Source: Chrysomallon squamiferum (taxonomy: Eukaryota; Animalia; Mollusca). Taken from it: a stretch of DNA of 64,000 bases. Position numbers and translations under genes: made by a program. Below the pieces are notes generated by a model. The model saw only the letters and a list, made by a program, of their open reading frames with translations. It was not told the origin of the DNA and searched no databases. How positions within the stretch are numbered: position 1 is the stretch's first letter; each line of letters opens with the position of its first letter. This document shows positions 26,079 to 59,670 of the stretch, piece after piece. The DNA lies in contig CM022670.1 of assembly GCA_012295275.1 (NCBI GenBank), positions 15,190,001-15,254,000 of the forward strand, written 5' to 3'.

Positions 26079-27443
26079 TTAAAAGACGTATGGAAAAATC
26101 CTATATGGAACTTTCTCCGTGTATTCAATCCAGAATATGCCATATTTGCGGCGACACTTTTCGTCATCACGGTAACTCCGATGAACTAAAAGTATGAACA
26201 ACCAAATGAAATAAGTATATGGCATTGCATTTTCAAATAACGCTGGTAGCGACCAGCACAACGCAGTTACGAGCTCTGGTAGGTAATGGAAATGTCGAGC
26301 TAATCCCCAAAAACCGGACGCCAGAAGAATCCCTTCTCTGACTTCTCCATTATCCAGTCGATATTTGGCTTTTATGATGTCAGGTTCCCTTCCCCAGATA
26401 AGGCATTGGCCGTTTGTATTTCTCACAATAAGTTTCTGGTCATCTGCACTATAATTTATATACACAGCCAACAGTCCAATAAAAAGGATAACAGCTGATA
26501 AGGTTGAGCCGAGATGAACTGGGTGCTTAACCATGTACAAGCTTGTGGATGTATAGAGACCAGGAATGAAAACCAAACATCCCCAACAAATGTAATATCC
26601 TGCCCTGTCTAGCATAATATCAATAGTGCGCATGTACCCAGCCTCCCACCAGAAAAACTTGGCGATATAAGTAATCTGTAGAATGGTTACAACAAACATG
26701 CTATCTACAAAACCATGTAATTCGAAACTTTTTTGAGCAAAAATACACACAAGAAGAGCCCATACCATCATACCAAAACGACAGTTAGTGAAAATCTTGA
26801 CGTCAAATCCTAGTATTCTAGGATACAGTTCTGTTCCCCAGTAAAAATCAAATATTATATTACCAGTTGTTCCAGAATCGGCTGTTGAAGGAAACGTAAG
26901 TCCTTTTAAGTATAGGAATATGCATAATAAAAAGCTAAAAGCGTTTAAGCAAAAGAGAAACTCGTCAAATCTGTCATAAATAACTGTTGGAGTTAGACCA
27001 TACAGTCGGAGATAATAACTGCCAGTCCAGAAAGACGTCAAAGTCACCAGAAAATAAAGAAATCCGTTGTCTCTGTATATCGGAACATGACCCTTCGCTG
27101 TTAAAGGCCCGGTAACTAACCTTCCTGGTAGCAGCTTCATCATGATAAGGGCATAAACGCTGTATACTGCAATGACGCGACGGCTAAAATACGTGTCGGT
27201 GTGAACGTGACTCCAGATATAAAAAAGGCCGTCAATGACAGAACGACTTTGAAAAACATTAGCCATTTTTGCAAAGCTTCCATCACAGTGCACTGCCGTA
27301 TACCACAAGACGATGACTAGATTTGGTGTAGAGATGATAAGAAATAAGGGAATCAAAGTTCTCTTGAAAATATCCTTCAGTTTCTCTTTAATGAGTATCG
27401 GAACCAAATTAGATTCATGACTTCCTGTATATACATAGGAATC
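26079..27443 (-). CDS. DHCR7: Sterol delta7-reductase (7-dehydrocholesterol reductase, ERG4/ERG24 family), DWF5-type, copy A; single long exon, start codon not located
   Basis: Open ORF with GNIIFDFYWGTELYPR, FTNCRFGMM, KFFWWEAGY..DRAGYYICWGCLV, LLASGFWGLARHFHY and RDDEKCRRKYG..W..Y..KVPYRIFPYVF. Splice acceptor ttattacag|GAT at 27443. No ATG occurs before ~residue 65 of the track ORF, so an upstream coding exon or a truncation is implied. Confidence 0.9.
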   Translation of the reverse strand, partial: DSYVYTGSHESNLVPILIKEKLKDIFKRTLIPLFLIISTPNLVIVLWYTAVHCDGSFAKMANVFQSRSVIDGLFYIWSHVHTDTYFSRRVIAVYSVYALIMMKLLPGRLVTGPLTAKGHVPIYRDNGFLYFLVTLTSFWTGSYYLRLYGLTPTVIYDRFDEFLFCLNAFSFLLCIFLYLKGLTFPSTADSGTTGNIIFDFYWGTELYPRILGFDVKIFTNCRFGMMVWALLVCIFAQKSFELHGFVDSMFVVTILQITYIAKFFWWEAGYMRTIDIMLDRAGYYICWGCLVFIPGLYTSTSLYMVKHPVHLGSTLSAVILFIGLLAVYINYSADDQKLIVRNTNGQCLIWGREPDIIKAKYRLDNGEVREGILLASGFWGLARHFHYLPELVTALCWSLPALFENAMPYTYFIWLFILLVHRSYRDDEKCRRKYGIFWIEYTEKVPYRIFPYVF

Positions 27444-27930
27444 CTGTAATAAAATCAAGATATCTTCATCATTATCATATTATCCTATCTTTACTTTTTC
27501 AATTGTCTACTTCTGTCAGCGAAGAACTAACTCTGCTGCTGCTACAGCTACTTCTTTACTGTTATATGATGATGACGATTATTATTATTGTTATTATTAT
27601 TATTATTACAACAACTTCTACAGCTACCGCCACCAATACTACTATCATTATGATTAACGTAACTAAACTGTTCCTTTGTTTTTTACTATTAATATATCTT
27701 TTACTAGCACTGTTTCTTCTATTATTTCTATAATAATTATTCTACTACTCTGTATATTCCCACTACCTTTTGTTCCTAACTACTTCTACTAATACTACGT
27801 CTTCTTCTACAGATACTATTATCAGTGATGCTACGACGTTCGGTACTAGTAGTTACTTTTAGTACTGCTATTACTATTATAACTTCTGCTATGTTCCTTT
27901 CATTACCAGCACCTCCACTATTACTACTGT

Positions 27931-27980
<50 letters not shown>

Positions 27981-28395
27981 ATAATAATAATAATAATAAG
28001 ACCACCATTGGTATTACTTCTACCACGACCAGTACTTCTATCATTACAACTGTTACTAATGGTGCTATCACTACTTATATTATTATAATAACTACTATTG
28101 TTCCATCATCGCCACTACTGCTACTTTTATTATCATAAATACTGTTACTACCTCTACTACTATTAGCATCACCATTACATGAACAACTACTACAACAGCT
28201 AATTCTTATTTTGCTACTTCTACTGACACTACTTCTTCTACTACTAGCACTATAATTAATCCTACCACTTCTTCTTGTACTACTAATTATACTAACATTT
28301 CCTCTACAGTCATTACTATTATATCTCCTACTGCCTACGTCTATGATATTACTTCCACGATTTCTTCTACTACTTGTAGCATTAAAATTGCTTTA

Positions 28396-28458
<63 letters not shown>

Positions 28459-29437
28459 TGTTATCGTCATCTGTATCATCATCATCATTATTATTATTAC
28501 TGGCAGTAGTAGTAATAATACTAGTACTACTACTAGAATACCAATACTTCTACGGCTACTACAACACTGATACTTTTACAACTACAATTTTACTATTATT
28601 ACTACAACTACAATTACGTCTATTAATATAAGAATAGTGGTACATTTACTAGTACTATGACAACTATATTTTAAAGTATTACAGTGATTATGCCTGCGGT
28701 AAAACTAGATTCGAGATCGATTCAGTTCACTGAGCTATTTCATAGCAACGCTATTTCTCCATGAATGGCTTTTGAAAGACCAGAGTACGTTTTTTCATAA
28801 CCTTTTGCTACTAATGAAAAAGAAAATCTATTCGCATCATTTAAGTACAGTTATTTCCTATCTTATTATCTGTATTAGCATTTGTATGAATGCAAATAAA
28901 TATAGCTTCAAAATATGTTAAATCTTTCCTTCTTCTTCTTTTTTAAAGTCCTGTCTGTTTTAACTTTAATTTGAATGATTAATAATTCGAATTTTAGAGA
29001 ATTTATCGTATGTATTGTATCATTGTCTGACTTATATAAGTTACTGTATAAAACCAAAAGCAAATACGATGATTATGCTTTTGATAATGATAATGTCGAA
29101 TATGAATTTGTAATTAATATCAAAACTCACCATAATGTTGGCATAGAATTTAAATATCAGAAGATACTCTGTAACTCTCTGAAAATAAATTTAAAAAAAA
29201 AAAAGAAGAAAGAATAAGAAAGAAAAGATAATGATTTAGTTATTTAAAGTGTACTAATAAATAAATTACAGATATTTCAAACTTCTGTTTGATTGTTTAT
29301 TTGTTTCTGAACAGAGAAAATGATTTAATAATAAAGAATTTATGGCGTCACTTCGTACGGCTGTTCATCATTTTCTTCATTTGTAAGTACGAAACTGCAT
29401 AACAGCAACAACATTGACAGTAACAACTACACCATCA

Positions 29438-29483
<46 letters not shown>

Positions 29484-29775
29484 GTACGGACTTCGTTAGT
29501 AAATTCAAATAAATCTTCCTGTGGTCTTTGTTCTTTTGTTACTAGACTTTTATGTTGAAAACATATTTTAGAAAGTCATATTAAACTTACTTATTCGAAA
29601 ACGTTTTCTTTTGGACTGAATCCAGTTATACAACAACTCAACTTTGGTACTTTAAATGCATCATAGTTGTTAGTTTTACTTGTTAATTTTACATTACTTA
29701 CCTCGCTTAGTGATTTTGAATATTTAAAGGATCTAATTTATTTATTTATTTATTTATTCTCTGTTTATTCTCTTT

Positions 29776-29825
<50 letters not shown>

Positions 29826-30364
29826 GTACTACAACTTCTATATTACTATTGCTACTACTACTAATTGAACTATTACTACTACTGCTACTATTACACCTAC
29901 TACTGCTACTACTAGCACTGCCACCGCTACTACTACTACAACAACAACTAGTACTACGATCATTACTATCGCTGGTGCTCCTCTTGTTCCTCTTCTTCTT
30001 CTTCTTCTTCTTCTTATTATTATTATTATTATTAGCGGATTGATTCTTTTATCCTTCAACGAAGTTAGGATTACAATTTTACAAACAAAAATGATGAAGG
30101 TCTCAACGAAACTCAGTTCAGGCAGGATTTGAAGTTTTGCACTAGAATCCTTTTTTTAAACGTGTAATAATACTAAAAATCTATGAATTTTGCTATGAAT
30201 GAAAATGGATTTCTCAGCTTACTTTTCAAAAAAGCCAGTTACGCTTTAAAGAATGGTTCGTTGTGTTATTTAAAGTTGATTTGTTTTTAAAATGTATGCA
30301 TGACGTCATTATTAAATTTCATGACGTCCGTGCACCTTAGGTTCATCTAGTTGTGCAGAAATAA

Positions 30365-31156
30365 TACCGGGCCTTTAACACCGAAGGGTCATGTTCCGAT
30401 ATACACAAAAATAAATAAAAACGGATTTCTTTATTTGCTGGTGACTTTGGCGTGTTTCTGAACTTACAGTTATTATCTCTGATCGTATGGTCTAACTCCA
30501 ACAGTTATTAATGGCAGATTTGACGAGTTGATCTTCTGCTTAAACGCTTTTAGTTTTTTGTTTGACATATTCCTATACTTAAAAGACCTTACGTTTCCTT
30601 CAACAGCCGATTCTGGAACCACTGGTAATATATTTGATTTTTACTGGGGAACAGAACTGTATCCTAGAATACTAGGATTTGACGTCAAGGTTTTCACTAA
30701 CTGTTGTAGACTTCATGGTAGACACGGCAGGATATTACATTTGTTGAGGATGTTTGGTTTTCATTCCTGGTCTCTATACATCCACAAGCTTGTAAATGGT
30801 TAAGCACCCAGTTCATCTCGGCTCAACCTGACCAGTTGTTATCCTTTTTATTGGACTATTGGCTGTGTATATAAATTATAGTGCAGATGACCAGAAACTT
30901 ATTGTGAGAAATACAAACGGCCAATGCCTTATCTGGGGAAGGGAACCTGACATCATAAAAGCCAAATATCGACTGGATAATGGAGAAGTCAGAGAAGGGA
31001 TTCTTCTGGCGTCCGGTTTTTGGGGATTAGCTCGACATTTCCATTACCTACCAGAACTCGTAACTGCGTTGTGCTGGTCGCTACCAGCGTTATTTGAAAA
31101 TGCAATGCCATATACTTATTTCATTTGGTTGTTCATACTTTTAGTTCATCAGAGTT
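30365..31156 (+). pseudogene. Truncated, internally deleted inverted copy of sterol delta7-reductase A
   Basis: Reverse-complement match to ~26175-27115. The 5' end is missing, there are indels, the FGMM..WWEAGY region is largely deleted at ~30705-30720, and the match ends at LLVH before the RDD..C..KYG C-terminus. Confidence 0.9.
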
Positions 31157-33189
31157 CATTTGCGTTGTTGTTGTTGTTCTTTTGTTCTGTTTTGTTATTT
31201 TTGTTCGTTTTAATTTGTGTTGTTTTTTAAAAAAGAAAAACAAAATGCAGTAACGACAATTTAATTACATTGAATTATTATTTATTTCCAATTATTTTGT
31301 TTTAATTTTTATTTTAAATATGTTTGGCTATGCTTTGAAAATCGCCTCGTACCAGTTCAGACTGAAACTGTTATGGATGTGGGCATTATTTCTCTAATTT
31401 TCAGTAATTGGTGTGCGCAGAAATGTTATGTCGTGCCTATATTTATTTATTTATTTATTTATTTTCACAACCTCATGTACCCACTGAATTCTTGTGTAAA
31501 CGCCCAACCTGAAATTGGTTCAAGACAGTTTTGGCAGCGCCTCTTTAATTTGGCTAATAGAAAATTACACTGCCACGTTTCAATATATTACAAACATAAC
31601 GGCAGTCTTTGAATTTATGTATTTAGATAATAATTTATTGTATATTTCGAACTACTTTATTTATTTTGTTCTTGTATAAAATAAAACACCAAAGGGTATT
31701 TCTTACATTTTATGTGATACAGTGTCGAAATAAAGAACAAGTGCGAGGCCATTTATCCAGTAACCTTGGTACTAGAGGTGACCCGGACTTAACTGTTACT
31801 TATGACCTTTGTGTTTAATTCCGCATGTACACTGGACAGCGGCAAACAATAATAACGTGGAACAGATACATACAAATCACGGTGTCATTCCCTGTTATAT
31901 ACTTCGTCTGAAAGGAAGAGAAAATGTTAATTTTTGTCAAAGAAACAACGAAACGTAAGTAAATTATGCGTAACATCCTTTCCAAAATACTTCCCGTCGT
32001 TTCAAACATAATCTGGACCATAATAAACATGTAATAGTAAAGAATGAAACTATATTTAACAGATATAAATTAATACAATTTTGAAGCCATTTTTCCGCAA
32101 TTCCTGTTTTCAGGAAGACGTACCTACATTAGCAATACCATAGAGATTTTACTTGTTTTGTGGTTTATTGTTATTATTATTATTATTATTATTATTTATT
32201 TTTTTAATGTTATTTATTTATTTATTATTATTTATTTATTTATTTAACAGAAAGAGTTAGTTAAGTAACTACGTGTACAACATATATCAGGAAAAGCGGG
32301 TGGGTGGTTGTGGAGAAACTCCCGGCTCATAATAAATGAACCTTTGATAATCAGTCTAACATGCCTAGAACATTTTAAAAATAAGTGCTGAAACTACAAC
32401 TGATACGTTTATGAATGTTTTAGTCGTTCTGTCATGCAAGGAATTTTGATACTTTACTTTCAGCATTATCAGAGATTGAGGTATAACGATTGGTTAGTAT
32501 ATTATAATATTCTAAATATCACAAATGGTATTCAAAAAGAATGGAGTGACGCCAGCACAAAAAAGAAAGAGTATCCTATTGTTTAATAGAATTCAAATCG
32601 ATCGTTATTTTGACACCTTTATGGAGAGAACCAGTACCAGATTGACAGCGTTATTTTGCAAAGCAGTCTTTTTAAATCTCAATTCACATTATGAAAACAA
32701 ATAATAATAAAGAAACAGAATTGTGACGTTTTATAAAGTGACACATCATACAGGTTTTAGTTATAGCTCAACGATTACATTTTTAAAATTATTTACACAC
32801 TGATCTACAAATGATTATAAATTTTCAGTAAGTAATTCATATATTATTATAATTTATCACTTACTTGACGGATTAAAATGTAATAATACTGTAAATAATT
32901 TTTATATCTAGCTATTTATAATTTAACAAGAAAAGGATTACAGTGCATTTCAGAAGAAAAAAAAACATTAATTAAAAACAAACAAACAAACGAAAGAAAA
33001 AAGAAAAAAGTTATAATTCAGCGTCAATGTCGTAACGTTTTTGAAACATAAGATTTCAATATTTCGGTTAAGACCAAAATAGAATTCATGAAGGTCTCTG
33101 GTGGATTTGTTATTAAATAGAAGAGTTTGTTTAAAGGACAAAACAAAGAAAAACAAACCAGATGATAAATAAAATAATAGTTGTTGATG

Positions 33190-33425
33190 CACAGTATTTG
33201 CGGTTTATTAGAGTGCGCCGTGTGGCCCATTACTTCTGACGTCAGCACTCGATGTTTCTGTCAGGGTTACCTCACCTTCAGTCCATATTTGTCTAGCCTA
33301 TACCAGCTGACTAGTTCTGTATGGGCGTCCCTAACACAGGTCAAAACTCCCGCTGTCACAGCTCATTGGGTCACAGGGACATACAAGCCCAATCACCAGG
33401 TCGAGGAATGGACCATGAAGGGGAA
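33190..33425 (-). mobile_element. 5' end fragment of an RTE-clade LINE (Expander/BovB-like 5' region)
   Basis: Minus strand reads CCTCGACCTGGTGATTGGGCTTGTATGTCCCTGTGACCCAATGAGCTGTGACAGCGGGAG..AGGTGAGGTAACCCTGACAGAA. This resembles RTE 5' regions as I recall them (CCTTGTCGTGG..GGGGCTTG..AATGA..GAGCTATG). It is a GC-richer island present only in the right arm. Confidence 0.55.
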
Positions 33426-34355
33426 CATATTAATATGCTGTTAATAAGAATATAAGGAAACAATATAATCAACATTCACAATAGCCAGAGTATCCTATAG
33501 CAGAGAACAATTCAGGGTGACTTGAATTGATATCGGTGTTTCTCTGCCAGAGATAGGTTAATGCTGAGGTTTTTTTTTGTGTGGTTAATATACTTATTTA
33601 ATAATAATATTTGGCTTTACGATTCAGTAGGAAGTATCATCTAATGGTACATAATATACAAGCAACATTAAGAAACCCGAGAGCCCTACCATAAATCACC
33701 GACTCGAGAATCTTCAGGCATGTTAAACTGACCTGAATCATGACTTCATCGTTGGCTGATTAACTCGAGACAGGTTTTTTAATGTCTACCTTTTTAAATA
33801 GGCGATTGTTACTGAGCAAACAGCCACAGTGAAACACACACAAAGAGGATATAGAGATATCAGTCTGATTGGGTGAACGCATCTTCGGTGAAGTCCCTTT
33901 TTTTTACTTTTTTCTTTTTTTAAATATGTATTTTAATTTTTTTTTACAGGAAAGACGGCTATACTAACCACAACAGAACAAGTAAACAGGTAAGTAAATT
34001 TACTTTTACTTAACTAATTTATTGTATTTATTAATTAAAACACTTATCCAGTCCAAGAGTTTGATAAAGTAGAGATTTGTACAACTACTTTGATAGTTAC
34101 TTCACAGCACGTCTCTTATAATATGTATTTATATGACTACAGTGTAGATCAACGTTGAGAAATGTTCTTTTTGTTCGGTTTTATACTGCTTGAAATAAGA
34201 TTATAATAAGACTATAATAAGTCTTTATAACATAAACACATGTATGCAAACATATATATACATAAACACACATATATACATATAGATACATACATATATA
34301 TATATATATTATATATATAAATACACATATACATGCATGCATACATATATGTGTG

Positions 34356-34389
<34 letters not shown>

Positions 34390-34400
34390 CATACATATGA

Positions 34401-34431
<31 letters not shown>

Positions 34432-34771
34432 TATACACACACATATATACACACACATATATACACACACATATATATATATACAAGGAAGACGAGTTTA
34501 TCAACAGGTATAAATAATACCTATATATATATATATATATATATATATACTACTACTATAGCTACTGCTGTTGCAGCAGATATCTACTCTGTCTGCAATA
34601 TCTGACACTCCCACAAATTTTATTAATACTGCTATTGTTACCATCACTACTACTACAGCTCACTGTTACAGCACAACCACCACTATTTGAATGTGACTAT
34701 TCAGTGTTATATCATCATGTACAGGTACAACGCTCCACTGAAAAGGACAGTTTAATATGACTTCATTTAAG

Positions 34772-46284
<11,513 letters not shown>

Positions 46285-47781
46285 GATAAAAATCTATGAT
46301 TACAAGTCATTTTACATATAACACAAAAAAAATTGTCTTATAAATGTGTGCCATGAGTTTTCGTTATACTTTTTCAAAGGTGTGAAGCAACTAAACATTT
46401 TGGGACATAAAAAAATAAAATTCTCATATACATACCATGTATACGAGTATTGAGATAAGACAAACATAAATAGGTATGTTTAAAAATGATTATATTTACA
46501 ATCAATTAAATATATATACATATATATAGAGAGTAATTGTACTATCAGTTGTTAATAACAGACATATTTACATACAAGTATTCCATGTGCAGTATTTAAT
46601 ATAACGATATTTTTTCTGGCATAAGACAAAAATTACGTCTCTCTGAAAAAATATTATATACATATATTCATACATACATACATACATACATACATACATA
46701 CATACATACATTCACACACATATATTTCACAATTGTATTATCAAATGTGAATAACAGATTTACATACAGTATTTCATATGCAGTATTTAATGAGATGAAC
46801 AGTTTCGACACTGAAAAAAATTAAGTGCATGTGTAAATATATTATAATCACAAACAGTTATATATATTTATTATTTTATTATCATATGTTAATAATAGAT
46901 TTACACATAGTATTTCATATGAAGAACATTTCTGACACTGACAAAAATTAAGTGTATATGTGAAACAGATATTTATTAATCAGTGTAAAAATATATATAT
47001 ATATCATAATCGTATTAGCTTGGAGAAACAATTCTGTAAGAAAATGAGTCTACGTTAAATACAGAGATCTCAGATGCATTATTGTCACACACAAAAAAGA
47101 TAAAATAAAATAAAATAAAATAAAATAAAATAAAATAAAATAAAATAAAATAAACATATTAAATTTAAAAAAATATAAAATGTTTTTCGTAATGGTGAAC
47201 ACATATTTTGACAAAGTGACAGTGATACCAAACACAAACAAACAACACAGACTGATGGAACTTTGCACGATGCCCTATCAGGCAGTATTAAGTAAGATGA
47301 AACAAATATACTAGGTCTAAAATAAATGGTAAGCACACAGAAACATCGGTCCAAACAAGATACAAAGCTAAACATTTACTACTGCCGAAACACTCAAAAC
47401 ACTGTCCTGGTATATTTTGAAGCAAACTACAAATGTAATAAATGGATAACTTTCACTTTATAAGTTCTTGTTGTACGTATCACTGTTCAGTTTCTTGCTT
47501 ATACCACCGGATTGAAATTTGATTGTTATATTATCATCATCATTATTAACACCATCACGGTTATCACCACCATTATCACAGTCATTATGATCATTTATTT
47601 TGACGTACAATGTTGCTACTGCATTTTGAAAGAGAAATAAATTGTGTTGCATTTTACTGACAGTACTGTGATTTTTATTAGTAATCGATTGACCTTACAT
47701 ATTCAGATTTCGTCATATTAAGAATTAGTTTAATTTGTATCCTTCAAAGTTATTGTTTTAGTTCTTGTTTTAGTTGTCCAT

Positions 47782-49053
47782 TTTTAATTAATAACGAAGC
47801 ATGTCGAAAAAACAGTGCTGTTAAAATATATCTGCACCATTTTGTAACAGTCAATGAGTGACAGATTTGCTGTGAAGTTTCTCCTCGTAGTTATTCCAAA
47901 GCGATGACGAAGTCGCTTGATATGGTCATATTGCACTTAATGATATTGTCCTCCCTTTTTGTATGATCATTATACGAAACATATCGCTTCAGACTTTTAA
48001 TCCTTTACTCTCATTTTCTGTGCTTTTTAATTTATATATATATATATATATATATTTATTTAATTATTATTAAAAATTGCATACATAGGATTAAAAAAAT
48101 AATAATAATAAAATAAAAAAATACTGATATACTGGCAAATCAAGAAAATTTGCAAATGTGGAATTTTTTGTAGACTTTAAAATACCTGCGACATTCTATA
48201 CGTATTTATCTGATAATGAAAATACAGTGAAATCGCGAAGATTTTTAAAACGTTCTTGTTTTGCTTACACATCTGATTTCGATCCTTAACTTTTGCTTTT
48301 ATTTTAAACTAATAGCACCAAACGTACTGAACAGTGTGATACACGAAACTTAAATAACAATAAAGTTACGTGTTTTTCATTATAAAATAAAAAATATAAA
48401 AAATAAGACATTACACCACTCAGAGAAAAAATAAAAACGGAACTTTGTTCAAAGTTTGACATTTAACAATTGATCAGTTCTTACAAAGTGGCATAAAGGA
48501 AAACTGAACACTGAAACGTACAATAGTAAAGTCAAATTTTCATATAATGGGGTAAAACGATCATATTCAAATATTTCTTAAGTTTCGTTTCTTTTCAAAT
48601 GATATTTTAACAAATATTTTAATATTGAAACATTGTGGCTTTGGACAATAGAAAAAGGCATATAAGAATGAGTCTTTCCTTAAGGGCGTTTAGGTATTAC
48701 TGGGGTTTTTTTTGGGGGAGGGTGTTTTTTCTTACTTCTAATTGCTGTTCCACAGAACATCGTAGTATTTATTTATTTAATTAATTCTACTGAAAATAAC
48801 AAAGGATGACTATTTTATTTTATCAGATAGTAAACAGAAGTCATCGGTTAATTTTACTAAATCGACTTAGAAAAGGATTATTAGTTTTAGGACCGAATTA
48901 ATGAGTTTCAAGGCATATAAATACACATATATGTTCAGACAGACAGACACACACATATGTATGTATATATGTATGTGTGTGTGTGTGTGTATGTATGTAT
49001 ATATATATATATATATATATATTACAGTTATGATTTTTCTGTTTATCGGACAA

Positions 49054-49085
<32 letters not shown>

Positions 49086-49115
49086 AATGATAATGATGAT
49101 TAAGAAGATAATAGT
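47782..49115 (+). repeat. ~1.3 kb direct repeat, left flank of the satellite array
   Basis: Matches 57403-58750 plus 59573-59670 (both start ttaataacgaagcatgtcgaaaaaaca). Confidence 0.9.
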
Positions 49116-49119
49116 GATA

Positions 49120-57402
<8,283 letters not shown>

Positions 57403-57661
57403 TTTTTATTAATAACGAAGCATGTCGAAAAAACATTGCTGTTAAAATATATCTTCGCCATTTTGTAACAGTGACTGAGTGACAGAATTTCTGTGAAGTT
57501 TCTCCTCGTAATTATTCCAAAGTGATGACGAAGTCACTTGATATGGTCATATTGCACTTAATGATATTGTCCTCCCTTTTTGTATGATCATTATACGAAA
57601 TATATCGCTTCAAACTTTTAATCCTTTACTCTCATTTTCTATGCTTTTCAATTTATATATA

Positions 57662-57692
<31 letters not shown>

Positions 57693-57759
57693 TTATGTAT
57701 GTGTGTGTATATATATATGTATATATATATTTATGTATGTATGTATGTATGTGTGTATG

Positions 57760-57804
<45 letters not shown>

Positions 57805-58720
57805 TTATTTATTTATTTATTTAATTATTATTAAAACTTGCATACATAAGATTAAAAATTAATAATAATAAAATAAAAAAATACTAACATACTGGCAAAG
57901 CAAGAAAATTTGCAAAGGTGTCGAAATTTTTGTAGACTTTAAAATACCTGCGACATTCTATACGTATTCATCTGATAATGAAAATACAGTGAAATCGCGA
58001 AGATTTTTAAAACGTTCTTGTTTTGTCCACACATCTGATTTCGATCCTTTAGTTTTGCTTTTATTTTAAACTAATAGCACAAAACGTACTGAACAGTGTG
58101 ATACACGAAACTTAAATAACAATAAAGTTACGTGTTTTTCATTATAAAATTAAAAAAAATATATAAAAAAAAAATAGGACATTACACCATTCAGACAAAA
58201 AATTAAAACGGAACTTTGTTCAAAGTTTGACATTTAACAATTGATCAGTTCTTACAAAATGGTATAAGGGAAAAACTGAACACTGAAACGTACAATAGTA
58301 AAGTAAAATTTTCATATAATGGGGTAAAACGATCATATTCAAATATTTCTTAAGTTTCGTTTCTTTTAAAATATTATTTTAACAAACATTTTGGATTTGG
58401 ACAATAGAAAAAGGCATATAAGAATGAGTCTTTCCTTATGGCCGTTTAGGTATTACTGAGGTGTTTTTTTGGGGGGGGGTTCTTACTTCTAATTGCTGTT
58501 GCACACAACATCGTAGTATTTATTTATTTAATTAATTCTACTGAAAATAAAAAAGGATGACTATTTTATTTTATCAGATAGTAAACAGAAGTTATTGCTT
58601 AATTTTACTAAATCGACTTAAATAAGGATTATTAGTTTTATGACCGAATTAATGAGTTTCAAGGCATATAAATACACATATATGTTCAGACAGACACACG
58701 CACACATATGTATGTATGTA

Positions 58721-58773
<53 letters not shown>

Positions 58774-59611
58774 ATACATACATACATATACACACACAAA
58801 TATTTACATATTAACTTACACAGACATAAATAGGCACCCACAGATTTAAATAATCACACACACAGATACACACACATAAACACATATAAATACACACAAA
58901 CCGTTCAAAAATCAGAGATTTTTCTGAAGAAATTTCTTTTTATTAGCAGTAGTAAATATTTTCATGCTTTGGTGAATACGTTTCATCCAGGATCAACAAT
59001 AAAAACAAATTTCAAATGACATTTTGTTTTACTTCTTTTTAATCTTCCATTTTGCTTAATATACATGTGTTCATTACATTAAAACATAAAGTGAAATTTA
59101 AAAGTCACTGAAAGCAGCATTGTATCCTGAACTGGATGATTCGAAAAGAACACAATTTTTTGGTAACTTTATTAAAAATGTAGCAAACAAAGTATGTAGT
59201 ACGATAAATTATAATTATTATTCCCGCTAACACACTTGAAAGCTTCTTTACCGACTAATTTACAATATTTGGAATTACAAAATAACCAAGTCGTTGAACA
59301 GTGAATTGATAAAAAGTGATCAGTTGTTTTTGATCACTTTGTAAACTGTTGGATAAATGGAGTTGTAAGAGTGATGTATTTCACTTCTGTTCATTCGTAA
59401 CAGTACACTGAGCATGGCCTTCGATGTAGAGAAATGAAAACTGAAACAAAGAGCTTTTCGACTGAATTAAAATGCAAGTGACTAGAAATGATTATACAAC
59501 ATTTCTTGTTTGTTTTTCCGAATTTTCCCTTCTGTATTGCATATTCAGATTGATGAAGTAATATTATGACGTAATTACAGTTATGATTTTTCTGTTTATC
59601 GGACAAAATGA

Positions 59612-59645
<34 letters not shown>

Positions 59646-59670
59646 AATGATAATGATGATTAAGACGATA
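57403..59670 (+). repeat. Direct repeat, right flank of the satellite array (with ~0.8 kb absent from the left copy)
   Basis: Colinear with 47782-49115 except for 58750-59570. Confidence 0.88.

Noticed and set aside
27540-28670. Thr/Ser-rich mucin-like reading of (ACT)n-degenerate DNA (also 44980-45650)
   Set aside because: Intronic or intergenic low-complexity sequence with stops and no splice support, and mostly absent from the paralogous arm.
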